Below, piece by piece: positions 26,101 through 35,392 of a stretch of DNA of 64,000 nucleotides. The first letter of the stretch is position 1. Every line of letters starts with the position of its first letter. The stretch is from Oculina patagonica (taxonomy: Eukaryota): contig NC_135759.1 of NCBI RefSeq assembly GCF_052425735.1, positions 30,070,001-30,134,000 on the forward strand, in the 5' to 3' direction. Made by a program: the position numbers and the translations under genes. The notes beneath the pieces were generated by a model. That model did no database searches. It saw nothing but the letters and a program-made list of their open reading frames with translations, and had not been told where the DNA came from.

Positions 26101-29100
26101 TATAAAAGTGTTTTTGGCACTTTTTACTGATCGTTGCATGTTGCTTTCGTCATTTAAACTTCCAATAGCGTGTTGTTGAGCGAGGATTTGTAACTGATGC
26201 CGACGAACAATAAAATAAATTCTGACATAACAAACAGTAGAAAGCAAGAGATAAATTGGAATGCTAAAAGCTGCAAGAAAATAATAATAAGTAATTTTCC
26301 AAAAAGCAAGAAATGATACAAGAAAGGTAAACAACCAAAGAGTTATTATGGTATACTTTGCACGATGTGTGGTCACCATATCTGGATATCGCATGTGATA
26401 GTGAAGAGCCAGGAATCGATCCATACTTATGACTGTTACTGTACCAAGAGAGACACCAACTCCATTAACGGACATCGCGATCATTAACTCATACAAGGAA
26501 CTAAATTTTGTTAATTCATATGCAATGTAAAGCGGTTGCACGATAAAGCCAACGAAAAGATCAGACACAGCCAGACTGCAGAGGAACATTATGGACGGTG
26601 AGTTCAGTGTAGGGGTTTTCAATATGGCAGCCAACACCAGTGAATTTCCAATTATGGATATGAGCATCAGTGGAGCATTAAAGATGCAGTTTATGATCAC
26701 AATAGTTTCAGGACGATAGTTGGTCTCCTTAAGCTGATCACTTTCTGTCATGTTTTCCATCCTCTTTTATAAAGTTTCAAAATACTTAAGGGCGCGGTTT
26801 ACGTGCAATGTTGAGTTTTTGCCGAAAACTAAGCATATAAGAGAAATAGATTCCACCAATGAACGTAGGGTTTGTAATCCATTTAAGCTCTTTAGGTTAA
26901 GAAAGGGTTAATGGATTGTTGCCAGTGCCAAAATTTAAATGGTAATTTGCTAATTAATTCCTGGACATTTTATGAATCGCGCCACGCGTAGAATGTACGA
27001 CATTCAGGTTAAAAACGTTATATCGTAAATCAAGGATTTTCAAAGTTCACTGCTACGAGTGGCGCATTTAAAATAAAATAATATTTAAAAATGTGTTCTC
27101 TTACTATAAAGGTTTAACTACTGAGCAGATGTTTTTTTTAATTCCCAGGAAACTAATCTCTGAGATTATAATGTAGAAATTGTTTCTAGAGTTGTTTACT
27201 TAAGACCAATAGAGAAAAAAATTATCATTTTTTGACATTCCGCTTCTTTTTGTTAGGAATTTCTTTACATGATACTTTCTGTCCAATAAAAATATTTTTT
27301 GTACATTTTTTGGTGCTCCGCCGTATTAAAATACCAATCTACATATCTCGTTATTATTGTCCTGTGGCCATTTGCAATATCACTGGCATTTCTAATGCTT
27401 GATATTACGAATATTTAACTTCAACTAGCTATCTAGATGTTTCTATTATTTTTTCATCCTAGCCATCATGCACTAAAGAAATTGCTGTTATAGTCGGTTT
27501 TAGAGAGTTGGGCCTGTGCCTGGCACGTTTTTGCTGCGTTGCATGTCTCTGACACATTTCCTTCTGTGTGGACCTGTCGTGATTTCGTCCCTGCAACATG
27601 TCTCGTATTCAGGGACCTTCATTTTTTGATCCAAATGTTCGGTTTGACTAATGCTATCTTCAGGGATCTTTAATATCAAGGAAAATGGTATTGAATATCT
27701 CGCTTGATGGCAGCACTCAAAATCGTTATTTACAGGACAATTTTTCATTTTAGTTGTAGCCAATAGTATTCCGACAACTAATTTTGGCCTACACGAGCTG
27801 AGCAAGTGGTAGACCGTCTATTGACATTATTTTTACCGCCATAAGGACCAATATTTCGCTATTATGCGAAGGCTTTATTCTTAGAGCAGGTGCTAAACAA
27901 CTGATACAATAAGTTTTAGAATAACAAAAGATTGTGCCGCTACAAAATTAACTAAAATATTCTTTTTAGAAATAAAAGAGGGGAGAGAGGGTTGCGCAAT
28001 ACACTGTAGTCTTAGTAGTTAGTAGTGCGATAACTGTTCAGTGCTTTAATAATCTGGAATAATTAACCACAAAAACTAAACATGCTAACTAAAAATAAAC
28101 ACCTAAACAAATAACATGTCTTCTTTACTAACTTGACGTGCTATTAGCTGCGCTTAGCTAGGGAAGTTTTCTTCCGTCCTCTTGCATAACATTTTCTTTG
28201 CTGTCTTTATGACTGCCGTTCGAAGCTCGCGAAGGCGCCAGCAATATAAAAATGGATTAATAGACGAATTCATAAATGCAACAGTATCGGTCAAGTTCCA
28301 AGCAACTGTCCAACGATCGTAGAAAAAAAATAAAATTGTCATGGAAATGAATAGTGGTGTATAACACAAAATCATCACGATGTAATATATAAAAGTGTTT
28401 TTGGCACTTTTCGCCGATGGTTGCATGTTGCTTTCGTCATTTAAATTTCCAACAGCGTGTTGTTGAGCCAGGATTTGTAACTGATGCCGACGAACAATAC
28501 GATAAATTCTGACATAACAAACAGTAGAAAGCAAGAGGTGAATAGGAATGCTTACAGCAATAACAAAATAATAATAGGTAATTTTCCAAAAAGCAAAGAA
28601 TGATACAAGGAAGTTTAACAACCAAAGAGTTGCGATAGTATACTTTGCACGATGCATGGTCACCATATTCTGATATCTCATGTGATAGTGAAGAGCCAGG
28701 AATCGATCCAAACTTATGACTGTTATTGTACCAAGAGAGACACCAACTCCGGTGACGGCGATCGTGGTCATTGGCTGGTACAGGGAACTAAGTTTTGTTA
28801 ATTCATATGCAATGTAAAGCGGTTGCAGAACAAGGCCAACGAAAAGATCAGACACAGCCAGACTACAGAGGAACATTATAGACGGTGAGTGAAGTGTAGG
28901 GGTTCTCAATATGGCAGCCAACACCAGTGAATTTCCAATAATGGATATGAGCATCAGTGGAGCATTAAGGATGCAGTTTATGATCACAATCGTTTCAGGA
29001 CGATCGTTGTTTTTCATTAGCTGACCACTTTCTGTTATGTTTTCCATCCTCTTTTTTAAGTTTTAGACTTAAGTTTTAGACGTGTTATGTCGAGTCAGCC

Positions 29101-32100
29101 GAAGACTAAGAATACGGTGAAACAATTAGAACTTTTGGGTTTTGTTATCTATTTATATTTATAATCAGGCTTAATTGTTAATGGATTGCTGTTTCATCCA
29201 AAATTTTAATTTTAAATTTTGGCCGTAACAGCAAAAAGATAACAAACAACAGATAACAAACAGATATTGACATTTAAATATGTCAATATCTGTTTGTTAT
29301 TTAATTCAGTCGTGTACGTTTTTTTCCTTTTACGCCACGCGTAGAATGGACGACGAAACTTCAAGTAACCATTAACGTAACCACTTTACTTGTATTAAAT
29401 TGCGGCACAGCTAAAATGAAATAATGTTTAAAATATTTTTTGTTGGTACGGTTTCGTTACAAAGTAGATGTTTTATCGCCAGATCTGTTTCCAGGAAACT
29501 AGCTTTTCTCCGAAATTAAAATGTAGAAATTGTTTCTTCAGCTGCTTACAGCGCGCGCCAAAAACATTATTTTCTCTTGACACTATCCACTGTTAAGTAT
29601 ATGCTAATACAGTATATGTGCTGATAACGTTAACGGTGAAGAGAATCGAGTGAATAAACAATTTTATTATATAAACTAGAGTGAATGGTGAATTACCAGG
29701 ATTTCTTTCGCTGTGAAAAATGATATCTTTAAACTTTAAAAGATCTTTTACATGTGAAGATATTTATTTCGACACGTAACTTGCTGACGACTTTGCCATG
29801 TTTTGATGCTGAATGAGCAATATTTATCTATATTTAGTCGAAACCTCTTCGGATCGTCTTCGGCAATCTTCAGTAATCTTCGGAATTTTTGGAAAAGTTC
29901 GGAAAATGTTGGGAAACATTCCTACGACCTATACGTACAACATTTTTAAAATCTTCGGAAAATCGTCAAAAACCTCGTAATAAACAGAATCATACATGGT
30001 TGCTTGGAGATCTCCATGCAACCATGTATTATCCTCTATACAACCAAAAAGAAGAGAGCGGAAAGGAACGAAAACGTGATAACAATAAAAAATTAAGCTA
30101 TTAGAAGCTACAGTTAAAACAAACTTATTAAAAATACATAAATATTATACGAAAATAAGAAAAAACTGAACAGCCTCGAGTAAACTGCTCGGCTTCAAAT
30201 GGTGTGATAGTTACACGGAGGGGTTGAAAATCAAAAGGGAACTGCAATGTGCAATAGAAATACAACTAAAAGAAAAACATTTCACTTTTTGGTGCTCCGG
30301 CGTATTAAAATGCCAGTCTATATATTTCGTAGTTATTTCCCATGGCCAGGTTCAATATCATTTGCATTTCAACTCGTTATCTAGATTTTAGACACTTTAT
30401 TGAAAAGGCGGTGCTTAAAATACAGCCTTCTATGCTTGTATTACGTGTTTATCCTTGTCATCACGTACGAATAACTGTTAGATAGTAATCTTTGATCTGC
30501 ACTTTCAGATCGTCCTTTGTTTGAGGGTTTCAAAGAGTCAGTGGGCTCGTACCTGGCACATTTTCAACAGAAGAGATAGTAACAGGGAAAATTCATTAAA
30601 AATATATCTATATTTCAAACTAGTTCTAACCTGAACTTCCTTCGTCAGAGTTCTTTATACAGCGGCCCCAGGTACATCTATATTTGCCATCACACTGGTC
30701 CTTCTGCGTGCATGCTGCCCCATCGCTTAAACGGTCCTTACATACGCTGAAGAACGCGTCACAGTACTGCTCTTTCTTGCAGTCTGCAGATTGGGCGCAT
30801 TTCTGAAACATAAAAATACAAAATCAATTTTAAGGTTGATTTTAATCAACTTAAAAATCCTTAGTGGCCAAATAGGAATAGGAATCCTTCTTGTTCGAAC
30901 ACCGGAAAACTCCATGTAAAAGGAATGTGGGGAAAAAAGAAGGCGACAGTGTCTATATTGAATATTTGAATTTGAAGATTCACGATTGAAAAAATAACAT
31001 CCAATCAGTATTATATAAACACTTCTTATAACTAAAAAATGGGTTTTTTAAATTGGTCAGACACATCAGACTTAACTGGAAAACAACAAAAATAACACAA
31101 TAGCTAAATTGATTGTTTTGTTTAGCTGTTGATTAACTGTACAAACTGTTGCCATGGTTACGGTCAGTGTTTTATAAGATAAACCTCCAGTCGCTGTATA
31201 AGCTGGAATAACTTTCACTTATTATATGACTAGCTCCGTGAGCGGTCAAGATGAAACGAATCGCGTGCTCTGATTGGCTACCAGAGCGGTCAAGATGGAG
31301 CCATCTTGACCGCTCGGGATCGCCCGCTGTGTTCCCGCATTGAAGCAAAAAAAAAAAAAACTTTTCTGCTCCGTCGACGCTACTACAAAAAGCTTTTCCG
31401 TCGTAAACTTGAGCTATGAAACCATTTACCGAAACAACACAAATATTTTCTGCCTGTTTCTAGCGAAAGAGGGTCCTATTACAAAGAAATAGGTTTTGAA
31501 GCAAACGAGAACAAACTAATTTCAAAAACAACAAATGTTAACGAATTCCGTGAATTATATTTGCCACAACAACCAGCTATAGATACAAAAATTAAAACGC
31601 AAAGCGACTTGAAGACATGATATCGGTTTTGTTCGGTGGAAAAGGGAGAGAAGTCTGACAGTGACATACCTGAAGAATAAAGAATTCGGCAAACTTGTCG
31701 TTTGTGTAAATCTTAAAAGAGAAAGCGGTCGGCACGGCGAACCAGGCAATGTAAGCTTTTAAAACATCTTTTCACCAAAGCCTCTAACGCTCACGTCGAA
31801 TAAGGTCGGGTCGAACATTTAAATCAATGATGTAGGAAAGTTCAAGCTCTTCCCGTGAATTTATAAGTCCCAAACGCTTTCAACAATCACAATTGCAATA
31901 TTCAGCTCGAGTCACCGTGACGGCAGGCTTGCACCACTAAAGCGCCTGAAGCGAGCAAATACTCTGCAAAACGTCCAATAATCAAAAGCTGGCGGCCAGA
32001 TGGAATGGACATTCTTGTTTTAAGGCTTCAAAGTCAACGTTGATTTGCAATTTTAGCCATTTCAATATCCTTTTGAGGGTTATAAAAAAGAGGTAAATTT

Positions 32101-32321
32101 CGCTGTTGTAGCGTCGTTTTATTTCGTCTCGATTCATTCAAGAATTTGACAGTCACTCGTTAAACTTTTAAACCAATTAAATGATTTTAGCGTGCGCCAT
32201 TGATTGTGCATGCAACTGGCTTCCTTTTCAGTACTCGAAAAAAGTCATATAATAAATCCTTTATTGACCGAGCTTGTTCGGTCAAGAAGGCAGGATATTG
32301 GCCTCGTTCTTTTTTTGCGTG

Positions 32322-32354
<33 letters not shown>

Positions 32355-33633
32355 CACGCAAAAAAAAGAACTTGGCCAATATCCTGCCATCTTGACCTCA
32401 CTCTTGGTCAATAACCCATATGTATCGACGGTCGAAAACATGATTTTTCGTTTGTGATTTAAAGTCAAATTGTGTTGCTCGTTTACTTTACTCGTTCGAT
32501 TAATCAGTAATTGCACAGTCTTGGGCCGGAGAAGCCTGAAGCAGGCGGTCCGTATAACCTACACACAAGATGGTGTCACTAAAAATTAAAAACTGCTTTT
32601 TAGCTTTCTCTGAAGATTGAATGTATTTTAAAATAATTTTATTCTAATTATTTGAGACTTTCCGCTGTTAATGTAGCTATTTTCATCTTGCAAACAACGA
32701 CACTTTAACATTCTATATTTGGCGTAGCAGGTCTCTTGGCCGGTACCTGTCAAAAGCTATCAGTTTCTGAAGACCAAAAAAATATCTTATGTCATAAAGT
32801 TTGTGTAGCTAAACTGAAGAAATATTTTCGTCTTAACAGTGATTTCACCGAATAACTCTCTTTCCAATTTCTACAACACAGACTTAATTACATAAAATCA
32901 AAATCAGTCGTATTTATAAACACGATAGACAGTAAACCACCAACAGATAAACATGCTATAATCAAGGCTGTCACGTACGAGACGATGCACTTTCTCAAAG
33001 AACAAATAAAACCGTTTGAATCGTTGGCTGAAAAATCAAAATCTTATGGAAAAAACGTGTAAGAGTTAATTTACTCGATCTCTGAACACTTCTTGAAGAT
33101 TTAAGAACGCCCTAGCTTACCTGCCCATCAAGATCATCACGGAATTGCGGTCCAAATGGTCCGAAGTCGAATTCCATAGCAGATAGTAGCTTGATTTTTC
33201 CATTCTTACCCTTGGGAAGCTTGTCTTTATCAAGGGTAGTTATAGATTTGTAAATCTTGGACAGAATGTGTGGTGAGCTCTTGTTATCGGCGGATACAGT
33301 CTCCGATGTGACACTGTAAGTCTTGAACGGACCGTGAGTTGAATTTTTTGTTCTGGTCGTGGTTTTAGTCTTGCCGGGTTTACCACCATCAGCGAGCTTC
33401 TGTCCTGTGAAGAGGTTTTCCAGCTGTTCTCTTATATGAGACAGGGCACCGAAACTTGGAATCGGAATGCGGAGCGCGAAACCCGGAAATTCGCTCTTCT
33501 CTTCGGTCTCGGGTTCTTTGCTTTCTTCGACTTCCTTCTGGTCTTCAGCTAGTTCATGTTTCTTAGCCTTTTTAGCTTCAATGCATAGTGTGGTCAAAGC
33601 TAAAAGCACAAGCAAAACTATTAGCTTGTTCAT
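23189..33633 (-). CDS. DKK3-like: Dickkopf-related secreted protein (Dkk-C), 4 exons, ~348 aa, hosts two GPCR genes in intron 2
   Basis: Exons 33633-33121 (signal MNKLIVLLVLLALTTLCIEA plus long charged N-region), 30802-30631 (CRD1), 24324-24111 (CRD2: GTFCDSDSEC...CRTVG) and 23336-23189 (FFGRRACIRG..., acidic/Lys tail, TAA). Phases 0/1/2 match. Confidence 0.85.
25882..26760 (-). CDS. Class A GPCR, paralog A, copy 2 (nested in Dkk-C intron 2)
   Basis: Intronless 292-aa 7TM ORF; about 16 aa differences from 16886-17764. Confidence 0.93.
   Translation of the reverse strand: MENMTESDQLKETNYRPETIVIINCIFNAPLMLISIIGNSLVLAAILKTPTLNSPSIMFLCSLAVSDLFVGFIVQPLYIAYELTKFSSLYELMIAMSVNGVGVSLGTVTVISMDRFLALHYHMRYPDMVTTHRAKYTIITLWLFTFLVSFLAFWKITYYYFLAAFSIPIYLLLSTVCYVRIYFIVRRHQLQILAQQHAIGSLNDESNMQRSVKSAKNTFIYYIVMILCYTPLFISMTILFFFYDRWTVAWNLSNTAVFLNSSINPFLYCWRLRELRTAVIKTAKKMLCKNTE
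28154..29047 (-). CDS. Class A GPCR, paralog B, copy 2 (nested in Dkk-C intron 2)
   Basis: Intronless 297-aa 7TM ORF; about 14 aa differences from 19207-20100. Confidence 0.93.
   Translation of the reverse strand: MENITESGQLMKNNDRPETIVIINCILNAPLMLISIIGNSLVLAAILRTPTLHSPSIMFLCSLAVSDLFVGLVLQPLYIAYELTKLSSLYQPMTTIAVTGVGVSLGTITVISLDRFLALHYHMRYQNMVTMHRAKYTIATLWLLNFLVSFFAFWKITYYYFVIAVSIPIHLLLSTVCYVRIYRIVRRHQLQILAQQHAVGNLNDESNMQPSAKSAKNTFIYYIVMILCYTPLFISMTILFFFYDRWTVAWNLTDTVAFMNSSINPFLYCWRLRELRTAVIKTAKKMLCKRTEENFPS
31219..32421. mobile_element. Non-autonomous repeat with terminal hairpin (common anthozoan element)
   Basis: The left end carries gagcggtcaagatgg...ccatcttgaccgctc inverted repeats. The right end has a ~50-bp-arm hairpin at 32280-32397 (ggtcaagaaggcaggatattggcc...ggccaatatcctgccatcttgacc). 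Confidence 0.65.
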
Positions 33634-34709
33634 CTCGGTGGTCGAAGTTAAGTTCGAGGCCGGTTCGCACCACTTGAAGTTAAAACAGTGATCAGTTGGT
33701 CGCTTGTTATATAATCTAAATAAAGTGCGCCACGCACGTGGTCTAACGCAATTTGTTGCAAGAACTTTAATTATTAATCTGTTGAGATAATTGAACTGGA
33801 ATTGTCGCTAATGGACAGCTTTTCTTGGCTTTTTGTCATTTTAAGTGGCAGCTTATTGAAGGCTTTTACGGTAATGGATTTTTGTGCTATGAAATAAGTT
33901 GCAGTATTCAGCAGTTTGCAGTAACAGTGCGGTGAATCAAAAACATGACAAACTATAATGTGGCTCTTTTAAAAAGGGCGTTTGCAACCTTATTCTACTT
34001 TAATTGTGTTGGCTCCACGGTTCACTGAAGACATAATAAAGACATAACAAACAAGCAAATAAAGTGACCTAAAACGTGCATGGTACAACTGGGGCAAAAG
34101 TTAAGATCATGTCATGATTGAATATAATTTAAAATAATGACAAATATTCCCGTACTTACGAGTTTTCTTCCTTTGCTTGGACGGCCAATTAACGATCTGC
34201 TATTCAACAACAAATCAGACATATAACTTGCAATTGACTACTCCCAAGACACTGCAAAAAGCCGAAGCCTTCCTGGTGCTTGTGTTAATTAGACTGCTGT
34301 GTGGAGCACCCATCCGTTTCAACCAGACATTTCTTGCCATTCATATTGTTAAAGAAAATCACTGTTTAAAGTGGCTTACACAAAACAGGCTATCGTTTGA
34401 GATTCTCTCTACATTAGAAGGTTATTTTGGCCAATACAGAGGAAGTTTTGGATTAAAATCCAGTTTCAAGTCATAGCCCGATTAAAGGTGAATTTTCTAC
34501 ATGACCGCTTAAGCAAACATTGTGTGAAATTCCAGTAAAATTCACTCAAGAGGCTCTTCACTAAAAGGGACTTGCATTATTTAGTATTTTCCCATCAGAC
34601 GGCTTGTTTACGAGTGTTTCCTATGACTCTTCCTTTTTTTCCATCCCTCGTCGAATAATTTCCGTAAAGTTTGCCATCCGAAATATTCAGCGTTTAAACT
34701 ATAACCGGC

Positions 34710-34930
34710 TACTGCGTCAAGCTCCAGAAGGACATGCCTTGATTTTGAGCCCTAGTGACGGGGTTCCTGTCCTGTGCTCTTAGACAAAGCACTTTACTCT
34801 CAGTGCCTCTCTCCACCCAGCAGTATATTGGGTACCTTGTGTGGGGGAGGGTGGTGGGGCTATCCTGCGTAAGGACTAGCATCCTATTCAGAAAGATTAA
34901 ATCCAAACCAGAATAAGCTCCTTAATGGCT
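34710..34930 (+). mobile_element. Decayed CORE-like SINE
   Basis: cactttactctcagtgcctctctccacccag...gggtacc...ggactagcatcc matches the copy at 60921-61320. Confidence 0.55.
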
Positions 34931-35392
34931 GGGTCAGCCACATCAATGATTACGAGGATGTGGTCGAATCATGGTCTGTGCCCCAGCAATGTTTTGTTGG
35001 GGGTCATTTCAGATATAAAAAGATCTATTGACTCAAGGTGGTAGTCTAAAAACCTTTAATCTAACTGACAGGCCACAATAAATACTGATTTTCTATTTTG
35101 TACAAACTAAGCCTTCAACTACATAAATATGTTAGCCCAATTTTCTACATGTAACGCGTACAGAAGTCTATAACACGTTAGAATACTGATGCAACAACAT
35201 GATTTCATTGTTGAGTAAATATCAAGGAACTTATTTCACTCATAGATTGTATTCCCCTAATCTAAAGCATAGAAATCTAAGTTGAATGTCTAGTTTCCTC
35301 TTGACTACGTGCACATGTTGATAGAATCGGTCAAATTAAGAAGCTACTCTCTTTTCAGCTGATTTCGCAAGCGGAAAGATGTCCCGTCAGTT

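Larger units (their letters stand above)
22341..30571. repeat. Segmental tandem duplication, copy 2 (~8.2 kb)
   Basis: Colinear with 13009-22331; ends ~60 nt inside Dkk-C intron 2. Confidence 0.95.

Noticed and set aside
32187-32516. ORFs MAGYWPSSFF... / KAGYWPRSFFACLWTETKSRS...
   Set aside because: They arise from the hairpin of a non-coding repeat.
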